Shown here: piece after piece, positions 1-9,006 of the stretch
How positions within the stretch are numbered: the stretch's first letter is position 1
Layout of the letters: every line of letters starts with the position of its first letter
Source: Candidatus Eiseniibacteriota bacterium
GTDB taxonomy: Bacteria; Eisenbacteria; RBG-16-71-46; CAVPCR01
Direction of reading: 5' to 3'
Assembly: GCA_963702435.1 (NCBI GenBank)
Contig: CAVPCR010000001.1
Span: forward strand, 1,472,001 to 1,536,000
DNA length: 64,000 nt
The notes under the pieces: model-generated
Told to the model about the DNA's origin: nothing
The model's input: only the letters and a program-made list of their open reading frames with translations
The model's database searches: none
Made by a program: the position numbers and the translations under genes

Positions 1-309
1 AAGGAAGCGGACGGGTGCTCGCGTCCAGGAGAACTGGGTGCGCTCTTGCGGCGCGAGGGCTTGTACTCCTCGCACCTGGTGACATGGCGCCGGGCTCGGG
101 AGCAGGGTGGGTTGGCCGGGCTGTCGCCGAAGAAGCGCGGTCCCAGCGCCAAGGTTGCGGACCCACGAGACAAGCGGATCGTCGAGCTCGAGCGTGACAA
201 TCGGCGTTTGCAGGCGCGGCTCGAGCGAGCCGAGGCGCTGATCGAGGTCCAAAAAAAAGTGGCCTTGCTCCTGGGGAGCGAGTCACCGTCGAACAACGAG
301 GAACGCTGA
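1..309 (+). CDS. IS3-family transposase OrfA (5' partial)
   Basis: LRREGLYSSHLVTWRR helix-turn-helix region and coiled coil ending LIEVQKKV with an A-run at 251-258. Confidence 0.8.
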   Translation, partial: KEADGCSRPGELGALLRREGLYSSHLVTWRRAREQGGLAGLSPKKRGPSAKVADPRDKRIVELERDNRRLQARLERAEALIEVQKKVALLLGSESPSNNEER

Positions 310-917
310 TGCAGACCGTCACGGACCTGGGTCCTCGGCTGGGGATTGCGCCGACTTGCGGGGCGCTGGGGCTGTCGCGGGCGAGCTACTACCGCAGCCT
401 GCAACCGAAGCCCGAACCGCGTCCGCGATCGTCGCCGCGATCCCTGTCGACCGAGGAACGCCAGGCGGTGATCCAGGTTCTGCATGAGCGACGCTTCGTC
501 GATCTCGCCCCGGCCGAGGTCTACGCCGCCCTCCTCGATGAGGAGCGTTACCTCTGCTCGGCGCGGACGATGTACCGCATCTTGGATGCGAACCAGGAGG
601 TCCGGGAGCGACGCAATCAGCTTCGCCACCCGCACTACGCTGCGCCGGAACTCTTGGCCAGTCGTCCCAACGAGGTCTGGAGCTGGGACATCACCAAGCT
701 CCGTGGTCCCGTGAAGTGGACGTACTACTACCTCTACGTGATCCTCGACATCTTCAGCCGCTTCGTCACCGGCTGGATGGTGGCGGATCGGGAATCGGGG
801 GTGCTCGCCGAGCGGCTCATCGCCGAGACCTGCCGCCGGCAACGCATCGCGCCGGGTCAGCTCACCATCCATGCCGATCGTGGTGGCTCGATGCGGTCGA
901 AGCCGGTGGCGCTGCTG
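309..917 (+). pseudogene. IS3-family transposase OrfB, N-terminal fragment
   Basis: rve/DDE core motifs; frame ends inside the inserted element. Confidence 0.85.
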
Positions 918-1083
918 TCAGCGTAAGCAAGAAAGTTGATGGTCGGGGACGGCGTTTCGGATCACGATCACTGATGGAATCGTCCGAGGCGCCATCAGGG
1001 AGTGCAAGCAGAACCCCCTCAAGGAGCTTGATTCAAGCGCCCCGAGGGGGTTTCCTCCTTCAGTCCAGCAAAGACGAAGGAGG

Positions 1084-1728
1084 ATGGGATTGTACCAGGA
1101 TCTGCTCAGGGACGAGCGGCTCTACGAGGTCCTTTTTCAGTACGATCAGGATCTCGCCCGGGCGGCCCGCCGCGGGGGGTGCGGGTGGTGCGGCGGGAGG
1201 GTCGACCAGGCGAACTACCCCCGTAAGCCGCGGGGTCTTCCAGAGCGGTTGGCGGTCCGGTATGACCTCCGACTGAGCTTGTGCTGCGCCGTGGAGGGGT
1301 GCCGGCGGCGGCTGACGCCACCTTCGGTACGCTTCTTGGGCCGGCGGGTTTACTCCGCGGCGGTGGTCGTCCTGGCGGCGATGCGAGGGCGGGGGCGCGC
1401 TCAACGGCAGCTTCGGCAATGGCTGGGGGTGAGCTCCCGGACCCTGGCCCGGTGGCGCCGGTGGTGGCGCACCACCTTCGCGCGTAGCCGGTTCTGGAGC
1501 GTGGCCCGCGGCCGGTTCACCGGACGCCTGCTCGCGATGGATCTACCCCGCGTGCTCCTCGGTCGCTTCCCTGGCGATGACCGTTCCCGGCTGATCGCCC
1601 TCCTGCGATTCCTCTCCCCGATCACCACCGCGTCGGCGCCGGAATGCGCAAGCTATGTGCGGCGCCGGGTGACCCCGCGGGCCACCCGCAGAAGACGCGC
1701 GGTGCGGGCCGAGGGTGACCGCGATTAG
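1084..1728 (+). CDS. Transposon accessory protein with Cys motifs and HTH
   Basis: CGWCGG, CCAVEGCRRR, PPSVRFLGRRVY and GVSSRTLARWRRWW; first gene inside the inverted repeats; start may be TTG at 1090. Confidence 0.65.
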   Translation: MGLYQDLLRDERLYEVLFQYDQDLARAARRGGCGWCGGRVDQANYPRKPRGLPERLAVRYDLRLSLCCAVEGCRRRLTPPSVRFLGRRVYSAAVVVLAAMRGRGRAQRQLRQWLGVSSRTLARWRRWWRTTFARSRFWSVARGRFTGRLLAMDLPRVLLGRFPGDDRSRLIALLRFLSPITTASAPECASYVRRRVTPRATRRRRAVRAEGDRD

Positions 1729-1785
1729 CGTCCGCTCCCACATCACGGCGGCCAGGCTCGGCCGCCCGAAAGGGAGGCGAACGCG

Positions 1786-3306
1786 ATGGCAGACGACGAG
1801 AACCGTAAGCTCACGGTCCACGAACGCTGGGCGCATCTGCGCTTCTCGGTGATCGGCCCGCTCCTGGCGGCGCCGCCGGCGCGTGGCGAGCTTCAGGGCG
1901 AGCTCCGGAAGCTGGCCGAGAAGCAGTGGCTCCACCCCGTGACCGCTCGACCGATGCAGTTCGGGGTGTCGACCATCGAACGTTGGTATCACCAGGCGAA
2001 GCGGGAGCGGTTCGATCCAGTCAGGGTGCTTCGGCGCAAGATCCGCAAGGACTCCGGCCGGGCGCTCGCGATCGGGGACGGGCTCAAGCAGGCGATTCAC
2101 GAACTGTACAAGGCCCACCGCGGTTGGAGCTACGCGCTGCACTACGACAACCTCGCAGTGCTGGCGGGTGCGGATCCGACCCTCGGGCCGCTACCCTCGT
2201 ACTCGACCGTCCGTCGGTTCATGAAGGCCAACGGGCTGTGGAAGCGGCGCCGGGTCTCCAGCGCCGACACCACCGGGGTGCGACGCGCCGAAGCACGGCT
2301 CGATGAGCGCGAGGTGCGTAGCTTCGAGGCCGAGTACGTCCACGGGCTTTGGCATCTCGACTTCCACGCCGGCTCGAAGAAGGTGCTCACGCCCGACGGC
2401 GAGTGGGTGATCCCGCAGGTTCTGGCGATCCTCGATGATCGCTCACGATTGGTCTGTCACGCGCAATGGTACCACGCTGAGAACGCGGAGAACCTCGTGC
2501 ATGGTCTCTCGCAGGCGATTCAGAAGCGCTCGTTGCCGAGGTCGTTGATGAGCGACAACGGCACCGCCATGAAGGCTGGCGAGGTGACCCAGGGCCTGGC
2601 CCGGCTCGGCATCCTCCATCACCTGACCTTGCCCTACTCCGCCTACCAGAACGCCAAACAAGAAGTCTTCTGGGCCCAGCTCGAAGGACGGCTGATCGCC
2701 ATGCTCGAAGGAGTGCGCGACCTGACGCTGCCGCTTCTCAACGAGGCCACCCAGGCTTGGGCCGAGATGGAGTACAACCGCACCGTGCACTCCGAGATCC
2801 ACCAGTCCCCCGTCGAACGCTACCTCCAAGGACCCGACGTCGGCCGATCGAGCCCCGACAGCCAGCCGCTGCGCCTCGCCTTCACGATCGAAGTGCGGCG
2901 CACTCAGCGCCGTAGCGACGGCACCCTGACGCTCGAGGGATGCCGCTTCGAGATCCCCGCGCACTACCGCACCCTCGAACGCGTCGCCGTGCGCTACGCC
3001 ACCTGGGACCTCTCTCAGGTTCACCTCGTCGACGAACGCACGGGAGCGGTACTCTGTCAACTTTACCCCCTCGACAAGGCACGTAACGCTGACGGCCTCA
3101 GGCGTCGACTGCCTGAAGATCCCCTCGCCACCCGCGATCAGGATCCGCCGACCGAGTCCGGCATGGCGCCGTTGATGCGCCAGCTGATGAAAGATTACGC
3201 CGCCACCGGCCTCCCGCCGGCCTATCTCCCGAAACCCGCACCGTATCCACTCGCCGCGCACCACGCGCCGCCCCCGCAGACCACTCTCCAGGAGGACCAG
3301 CCATGA
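1786..3306 (+). CDS. DDE-type integrase/transposase with Mu-transposase-like C-terminal domain
   Basis: LWHLDFH, ILDDRSR, LMSDNG, NAKQEVFW; GGAGG RBS upstream. Confidence 0.9.
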   Translation: MADDENRKLTVHERWAHLRFSVIGPLLAAPPARGELQGELRKLAEKQWLHPVTARPMQFGVSTIERWYHQAKRERFDPVRVLRRKIRKDSGRALAIGDGLKQAIHELYKAHRGWSYALHYDNLAVLAGADPTLGPLPSYSTVRRFMKANGLWKRRRVSSADTTGVRRAEARLDEREVRSFEAEYVHGLWHLDFHAGSKKVLTPDGEWVIPQVLAILDDRSRLVCHAQWYHAENAENLVHGLSQAIQKRSLPRSLMSDNGTAMKAGEVTQGLARLGILHHLTLPYSAYQNAKQEVFWAQLEGRLIAMLEGVRDLTLPLLNEATQAWAEMEYNRTVHSEIHQSPVERYLQGPDVGRSSPDSQPLRLAFTIEVRRTQRRSDGTLTLEGCRFEIPAHYRTLERVAVRYATWDLSQVHLVDERTGAVLCQLYPLDKARNADGLRRRLPEDPLATRDQDPPTESGMAPLMRQLMKDYAATGLPPAYLPKPAPYPLAAHHAPPPQTTLQEDQP

Positions 3307-4142
3307 ACCCGAAGCTCCTCTCGCTCCATGGCCTCAAGTGGAACCCCTTCTCGCCCGAGGTCCCCATCGAGGCGCTCCTCCTCACTCCCAAGCTCGAGCA
3401 CTTCTCGTGGCGCGTCGAGAACCTGACCCGCGAAGGAGGCTTCGCCCTGATCACCGGCGATCCCGGACTCGGCAAGTCGGTCGCGCTGCGGCTCCTCGTC
3501 GACAAGCTCTCCGGACATCGTGACCTCATGGTCGGGATCCTCACCCGTCCCCAGAGCGGCGTCCCCGACTTCTACCGCGAGCTCGGCGACCTGTTCGGCG
3601 TTCAGCTCTCACCCCACAACCGCTGGGCCGGAGCCCGGGTGCTCCGCGAACGCTGGCAAGCGCACATCGAAGCCGCTCTCCTCCGTCCCGTGCTCATCGT
3701 CGACGAGGCACAAGAGATGCGGCCCGCCGTGCTCAACGAGCTCCGCCTGCTCTGCGCCACCGAGCTCGACTCCCGCGCGCTCCTCACCGTCGTCCTCGGC
3801 GGTGACTCTCGCCTGACCGAGAACTTCCGCGGCGAGGAGCTCCTTCCCCTCGGCAGCCGGATGCGTGTTCGCCTCGTCCTCCAGCCCGCCACTCCACAGG
3901 AACTGCTCGAATGCTTGCGTCACGCCCTCAACCAGACCGGAAACCCGCACTTGATGACGACCGAGCTCATGACCACGCTCTGCGAGCACGCCGCCGGCAA
4001 CTACCGCATCCTCATGACCATGGCCGGAGAGCTCCTCGATGCTGCCGTTCAGCGTGATGCACGCCAGCTCGACGAAAAGCTCTACCTCGAGGTCTTCACC
4101 GTGCCGAAGGTCCCCGACCGCGGCCGCGCCAAGGCGCGATAA
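3303..4142 (+). CDS. ExeA-like AAA+ ATPase (transposition helper)
   Basis: Walker A GDPGLGKS, Walker B LIVDEAQ; ATGA overlap with the transposase. Confidence 0.9.
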   Translation: MNPKLLSLHGLKWNPFSPEVPIEALLLTPKLEHFSWRVENLTREGGFALITGDPGLGKSVALRLLVDKLSGHRDLMVGILTRPQSGVPDFYRELGDLFGVQLSPHNRWAGARVLRERWQAHIEAALLRPVLIVDEAQEMRPAVLNELRLLCATELDSRALLTVVLGGDSRLTENFRGEELLPLGSRMRVRLVLQPATPQELLECLRHALNQTGNPHLMTTELMTTLCEHAAGNYRILMTMAGELLDAAVQRDARQLDEKLYLEVFTVPKVPDRGRAKAR

Positions 4143-4197
4143 ACACTCCCCTCGACATGCGTGACTCAAATGCCATCAAACACCGCGCCCACGCTCA

Positions 4198-4593
4198 CTG
4201 CTGGCGGATCTCGGCATCACGAAGAGTCATTCCCGACCCCAGGTCAGCAACGACAACCCGTATTCCGAGGCCCAGTTCAAGACGCTCAAGTACCGGCCGG
4301 AGTTCCCCGAGCGCTTCGGGTCGATCCACGACTCCCGAGCGCACTGCGTGGACTTCTTTCCCTGGTACAACTGCGAACACCATCACGCTGGACTCGGATT
4401 CCTGACGCCTCACGAAGTGCACTACGGTTTGGCCCCGGCGCGCATCGCCAGCCGGTCCGCGGTGCTGGTCACGGCCTATGCGGCCCACCCCGAGCGCTTT
4501 CCGCACGGGGTGCCTCGCCCGCAGCTTCCCCCGAAGGAGGTGTGGATCAACAAGCCAACCACGACTCGGCTGGTCGAGGAGGTCGTACTGTAA
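4198..4593 (+). pseudogene. IS3-family transposase OrfB, C-terminal fragment
   Basis: SRPQVSNDNPYSEAQFKTLKYRPEFP...WYNCEHHHAGLGFLTP...VWINKP. Confidence 0.85.
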
Positions 4594-4633
4594 ATTCACG
4601 AAAGGGGTGTCTCATTTTCATTGACACGCTCCG

Positions 4634-5312
4634 GCGCCTGGTCCACCGCCTCATCCGGAAGGGCGGCTGTCCCAGGGAACTCGCTCTCGTAAGAGGCCGG
4701 CGCTCCAGCCCTAACGACGAAGTGCTGCCCGTGGAACCGCGCGGTGATCGGGAAGAGCCGCCGCGTCAGCCGGACGATGAGGTTCTGGTTGGGGTCAGTG
4801 TGAGCCGTCTTCAAGGCCAGCATCTTGATGCCTGTGACGATCAGGAAGGCCCCAAAGACGTAGAGGATCCAGTGGTACTGGGCAATCAAGGTTGCGCCGA
4901 GTGCAATCATGGCCCCGCGCATTGCCAGGGCGCCCAGGATGCCCCAGAACAGTACTCGATGCTGGTAGATCGGCGGAACCGCGAAGAAGCTGAAGATCAT
5001 TGCGATCACGAAAACGTTGTCGATGCTCAGCGACTTCTCAACGACGTACCCCGTCAGATACTTGACGGCCGCCGTCATTCCATCGTTGATCACCCCATCG
5101 ACAGCATCAACCGCACTTCCTAGCCCCAGCCAGTGGTTCTCGTACCCGTAGTACACAGGAAACGAGAAGGAAAGCCCGAGCGTGACCCACACCGCGGACC
5201 ACGTGAGGGCCTCCTTCAGCGTGACCACATGGGCTTTCCGATGGAACACCCCCAGGTCCAGCGCCAGCATAAGCAACACAAAGAGAATGAATCCTACCCA
5301 AATCGAGACCAT
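4634..5312 (-). pseudogene. terC: TerC/Alx-family membrane protein, 3' truncated by the IS3 element
   Basis: LALDLGVFHRKAH, YVVEKSLSIDNVFVI, YQHRVLFWGILGA; C-terminal half missing and the frame runs into the IS end. Confidence 0.85.
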
Positions 5313-5468
5313 TCACTGCTCTCCTTGCTGGTGAAGCAGGCCCCTCGGCGTTCAGCAGTCAGCGGCGACTGCTGGGGCTGTCTTGCGCTTGATCACTCGA
5401 GCACTTGTTTCATCCTACGGCCATCGCTGACGACGGTACCGGCCCCGTCGGTTCAGATGTGCCCGAGG

Positions 5469-6281
5469 TTACGATCTCGACGACCTACGCAGCGCCTCGA
5501 TCTCACGCCGCAACGCGCGTACCTCGTCGAGGACGAGCCTGGTGTCCGTCTCTCTCTCGTGCTGGATGTCCTCTGCGACCTGAGACTGCATCGCGTTGAC
5601 GACTACTGCAATGAACAGGTTCAGCACCATGAACGTCGCGATGAGAAGGTAGACCACGAAGAAGATCCAGGACTGCGGCGACTGCGCCATGACGCCGCGT
5701 GCAATGTCGGGCCAGCCCTCAACGGTCATGACCTGAAACAGCGTGAACAGGGACGCGCTGAGGTTGCCGAAGGGCTCCGGCGCGATCTCACCGAACAGTC
5801 TCGTGGCCATCACCGCGGATACGTAGAGCACGAGTCCCATGAGGCCGACTATCGATGCCATGCCCGGTAGTGCGTTGAGCAGGCCGCCAACCACGCGGCG
5901 CATCGACGGCACCAGCGAAACCAGCCGAAGCACACGCAACACGCGCAGGGCGCGCAGCACGGCGAACGCACTGCCCGCCGGAACGACCGCGATCCCAACG
6001 ACCACAAAGTCGAACACGCGCCAGGGGTCGCCGAAGAAGCGACCACGGTGGACGAAGAACCGCAACAGCAGCTCGGCCACGAACACAACCAGCACCAGTC
6101 GGTCGAACGCGTAGAGCGAATCGCCGAATCGTGCCGCGACCCGCGGTGCGGTCTCGATTCCGAGCGTGATGGCGTTCGCAACGATCAGCGCAGTAATGGA
6201 CTTCTCGAACCGCGCACTTTCGATAATGCCGCGGACGCGTTCGCGTAGGCTCGAAGCGGGTTCGGTGTTGCTCGTATTCAC
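5469..6281 (-). CDS. Bacterial voltage-gated cation channel (BacNav/Cav-like ion transporter)
   Basis: S4 LRALRVLRVLRLVS, pore FTLFQVMTVEGWPDIAR, S6 FMVLNLFIAVVVNAM, C-terminal coiled coil; GTG start with GGAGA RBS. Confidence 0.9.
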   Translation of the reverse strand: MNTSNTEPASSLRERVRGIIESARFEKSITALIVANAITLGIETAPRVAARFGDSLYAFDRLVLVVFVAELLLRFFVHRGRFFGDPWRVFDFVVVGIAVVPAGSAFAVLRALRVLRVLRLVSLVPSMRRVVGGLLNALPGMASIVGLMGLVLYVSAVMATRLFGEIAPEPFGNLSASLFTLFQVMTVEGWPDIARGVMAQSPQSWIFFVVYLLIATFMVLNLFIAVVVNAMQSQVAEDIQHERETDTRLVLDEVRALRREIEALRRSSRS

Positions 6282-6481
6282 CGTGCCTTCTCCATGGATT
6301 CCGAGATTGTAGCTCCCATCACCAAGACCTATCGTACGACTCCTTGTCCCCGCAGCAGGAAGCGAGCCCGCCCCGACGTCTTTCAGCCATCGTCGCGACA
6401 TTCTCGCTCGGCTCCACACGCCACCGGGTGAGCGGAGCTTTCCACTTGTCCAGGCAACTCTCTGGCCTACCCGTGTCGGCC

Positions 6482-6539
6482 GCCTAACGCGGGAAATCAG
6501 CGGCCGGCGAAGCCGGTCCGCTGGATTGACTGGTTAGGC
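6482..6539 (-). other. attC site (58 bp)
   Basis: GCCTAAC...AATCAGCGG..CGAAG..CCGCTGGATT...GTTAGGC. Confidence 0.9.
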
Positions 6540-7257
6540 GTCCATCGCCAACGAGCCAATCCCTCCAGCGATTCTCCAGGCCTGAGGCCTCCTCGCCTAT
6601 CACAGAGAAGACGTCTCCATCCGGGCATTCCTTCGCAATCCTCAGAATCATTTCCTTGCCGTAGGTGTTGTTTATGAACCGAACGATGGTCCAGCCCCAG
6701 TCGTAGCCTAGTCTTCTGTCAGTCTGAATCTGTGCGATGCGCGGGACTCTGTTCTCCTCGACTCCCTTCAAAACCGGCCTTCTGAAGTCATTTTCGTGGC
6801 GCCACTGGGCTGAAATGTATACCGCAAGCCCCTCACTCCACCATCTGGGGGTTGCTTCTATGTTGGGGGCAAGGTGCTCCTCGACCACGTGGACCAACTC
6901 ATGCGCCACGAGCCTTCTGAAATCTTCCAAGACGTATTTGAAGATCGAATGGCTTTCATAGGCCGAGGGGGACAGTAGAACCATGTCGGTCCTTTGGGGC
7001 TGCGCCACCCTAGCGGGGTTGGAGGGAACTTCGATCTCGACGCGGAGAAGGTCCCGGACCAGCCGGTCGAACTCATTTCGACTTGGCACTAACACAGCTC
7101 TGACTTTTGGGAAGGGCTTCGAAAGTTCGAAGTAGCAGGTGATGGCAGAGAGTGCCTCGGCCAGGGCATCGAAGGTCTCCCCCGCCAATTGCTGTTCGCC
7201 CTCTACGTATCTGATTTCGGCTTTCTCGTTCCCAAGTCGGAGGTAGTTGTCCAACAT
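6484..7257 (-). CDS. Cassette: peptidase MA-like zinc metallopeptidase domain protein
   Basis: HELVH and WWSEGLA motifs; frame reads into the attC. Confidence 0.7.
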   Translation of the reverse strand: MLDNYLRLGNEKAEIRYVEGEQQLAGETFDALAEALSAITCYFELSKPFPKVRAVLVPSRNEFDRLVRDLLRVEIEVPSNPARVAQPQRTDMVLLSPSAYESHSIFKYVLEDFRRLVAHELVHVVEEHLAPNIEATPRWWSEGLAVYISAQWRHENDFRRPVLKGVEENRVPRIAQIQTDRRLGYDWGWTIVRFINNTYGKEMILRIAKECPDGDVFSVIGEEASGLENRWRDWLVGDGRLTSQSSGPASPAADFPR

Positions 7258-7271
7258 AAGCTTCTTCTGAC

Positions 7272-7335
7272 GCCTAACGCTCCCGCTCACCTGCGGCGAG
7301 CGAAGCGAGCCGGCAGGTGCAACGGCCTGTTAGCC
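7272..7335 (-). other. attC site (64 bp)
   Basis: GCCTAAC...TCACCTGC..GCGAAGC..GCAGGTGCAA...GTTAGCC. Confidence 0.9.
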
Positions 7336-7384
7336 CCGAGCTGACACGGCCAGACTCCGCATCGCCTCCGCGCGAGTGCTCGAG

Positions 7385-7675
7385 CTACAAACCATGGCGA
7401 AACAGCCTCGCGCCATGAAAGACGGTCACGATCTCCACCGCCCGTGGCGACGAACGATAGACGATGCGGTAGTTCCGCCAAAGAACCTCGCGAAGGGTTG
7501 GTTCTCCGAACTCCGGGACGATACGCCCGGACTCGGGAAAACTCCGGAGACGCTCAACTGCATCGACGATGTGCCGGGCTACGAGAGCGCCAAAGTGCGG
7601 CGAGTCCCGACTGATGTAATCGCGGATCGACTCGACGTCCGCGATGGCCTGGGGGGACCAGACGATCTCAATCAC
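7385..7675 (-). CDS. Cassette: RelE/ParE-family toxin (copy 1)
   Basis: IVWSPQAIADVESIRDYI...FPESGRIVPE..LREV..NYRIVYR...VFHGAR; GTG start overlaps the antitoxin stop. Confidence 0.88.
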   Translation of the reverse strand: MIEIVWSPQAIADVESIRDYISRDSPHFGALVARHIVDAVERLRSFPESGRIVPEFGEPTLREVLWRNYRIVYRSSPRAVEIVTVFHGARLFRHGL

Positions 7676-7844
7676 CGACGATGCGCCTCTTGGCCTCCTC
7701 GTGAGAGATGGCCTGACCGCTATCGAGCTCGCCAAGACCCTTCTGTACCTTGGCGATGAAGCAAAGTCGTTCGATCGCATCCTCGATGGTCGCATCATCC
7801 GGAAGCTGCTGAACCGCCTGAACAACTCGTTGTTTGTCAGTCAT
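7668..7844 (-). CDS. Cassette: 58-aa antitoxin (copy 1; not in the ORF track)
   Basis: Hand-translated MTDKQRVVQAVQQLPDDATIEDAIERLCFIAKVQKGLGELDSGQAISHEEAKRRIVGD; GGAGG RBS; overlaps the toxin start. Confidence 0.85.
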   Translation of the reverse strand: MTDKQRVVQAVQQLPDDATIEDAIERLCFIAKVQKGLGELDSGQAISHEEAKRRIVGD

Positions 7845-7932
7845 CTGACCGAACCTCCAAGTGACCTGTCCTGCGAGCGTACGCGAACGCCGCGCGTGTC
7901 TACAACGACGTCTCCAGTCCGCCGGCTGATGG

Positions 7933-7990
7933 GGCTAACGTCTGGCATCAGCGGCGAGCGTAGCGAGTCCGCTGCATGCCGGGGTTAGGC
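7933..7990 (-). other. attC site (58 bp)
   Basis: GGCTAAC...GCATCAGCGG..GCGTAGC..CCGCTGCATGC...GTTAGGC. Confidence 0.9.
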
Positions 7991-8572
7991 CGTGGCGTGT
8001 TGATCAGGCGCTCGGACTACAACGCATCCCATTCTGTTGGGATGGTCGAGGACTAACGCGCTTCCACCGAGGCCTCGTAACAGGCCCATGATGACGACAT
8101 CGCCGCCCGCAAGCGCGAGATTGGCTGCTCCGAAGACCGTAAGGCCGCCCGAGTTGATGCCGATGCCTACGGCAGTGGGTACGACCCCGAGAAGGAACGC
8201 GGGAAGGACGAGGGCCACGCGATAGCCGCTGGCAGAGACGGGCGCGGTGGAGTACCCAGACGGAGTCATGGTCTTCCAGTCGATGCTGAAGCGGATCGTG
8301 GTGCGGGAGGCGCCGGCGAGGAGGAACCCCAGGGCATGAAGACCTTCGTGTCCGGGAATGCTGAGAAGAACGGCGAGAAGCATCGATGTCGAAGGGGGCG
8401 CGATGGCCGCCAGCGATCCGGAGCCCCAGACCGCGATGTGAAGGCCAAACGCGGCACTGAAGGTAACCGCCAGGACTGGAAGGGCGAGGAGGTTGCCCCT
8501 CGTCATACTGACGCTTCGATCCTCGAGTGCGCCTGGCGTTACTGGGAGCCTCGACGCCACAGTGTGAGCCAC
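7985..8572 (-). CDS. Cassette: DUF3267-like putative membrane zincin
   Basis: HEGLH motif, hydrophobic segments, GGD and DHP motifs; stop lies in the attC core. Confidence 0.7.
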   Translation of the reverse strand: MAHTVASRLPVTPGALEDRSVSMTRGNLLALPVLAVTFSAAFGLHIAVWGSGSLAAIAPPSTSMLLAVLLSIPGHEGLHALGFLLAGASRTTIRFSIDWKTMTPSGYSTAPVSASGYRVALVLPAFLLGVVPTAVGIGINSGGLTVFGAANLALAGGDVVIMGLLRGLGGSALVLDHPNRMGCVVVRAPDQHATA

Positions 8573-8592
8573 AGTGTTGGTCCACGGCCTAA

Positions 8593-8902
8593 CGCGGGCC
8601 TCAGCCGCGGCGGGCGTTCACTGCGGCCACCTTCTCACCTCTTCCCCGCGCCGCCCGCCGTCGGCTGCAGGCGGGTGTTCTGCGGCTGGCTCGGCGTCCC
8701 TGCTCATGGCGGCGGCGCCGCCCGTCATCAGCGCGGCGTCCCGGCCCTCATCACCGACGCCTCTTCCAGACTCCCTGCTCCTGCGGCCGGCGCCGCGCCG
8801 CAACCAACTTCCCTTCGCAACCAAACATCGATCCAGACCACGCTCGCATCTGGCCACATGACCTGATCCGCCCTCTGCTTCCAGCCCCGTCAGCGCGCAG
8901 AA
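8593..8902 (-). other. ORF-less cassette family A, copy 1 (310 bp; attC 8587-8683)
   Basis: Body bounded by GTTCTGC and GCAGAAC; homologous to 13825-14135 and 16686-16995; no conserved ORF. Confidence 0.85.
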
Positions 8903-8993
8903 CGCTGGCCTCAGCCGCGGCGGGCGCACAATGAAGCCGTCATTCATCTCGAATCCTAGCGCGCCCGCCGGCAGGTGCAAGCGCTTGTTGTGC
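8897..8993 (-). other. attC site (97 bp, mismatched outer arms)
   Basis: GCAGAAC...CGGCGGGCGC/GCGCCCGCCG...GTTGTGC. Confidence 0.8.
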
Positions 8994-9006
8994 GCTTCAT
9001 CCGCCT

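Larger units (their letters stand above)
918..4197 (+). mobile_element. Three-gene transposable element: Cys-rich HTH protein + DDE transposase + ExeA-like AAA ATPase
   Basis: Imperfect terminal inverted repeats TCAGCGT-N11-TTGATGG (left) and TGAGCGT-N11-TTGATGG (right, reverse complement), flanked by CTG at 915-917 and 4198-4200; removing it with one CTG restores the IS3 OrfB frame. Confidence 0.85.
1..4633 (+). mobile_element. IS3-family insertion sequence (left end outside window), interrupted by a second element at 918-4197
   Basis: OrfA ends at 309 overlapping OrfB (TGATG). OrfB has WSWDITKL, ILDIFSR and IHADRGGSM motifs, breaks at KPVALL and resumes after 4197 as LADLGITKSHSRPQVSNDNPYSEAQFKTLKY. 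The putative right end GGGGTGTCTCATTTTCATTGACACGCTCCG abuts the terC truncation near 4633. Confidence 0.85.

Noticed and set aside
5313..5468. yybP-ykoY manganese riboswitch upstream of terC
   Set aside because: The context fits and CGTC/CAAGAC fragments exist, but I could not find the GGGGAGTAG core; needs an Rfam search
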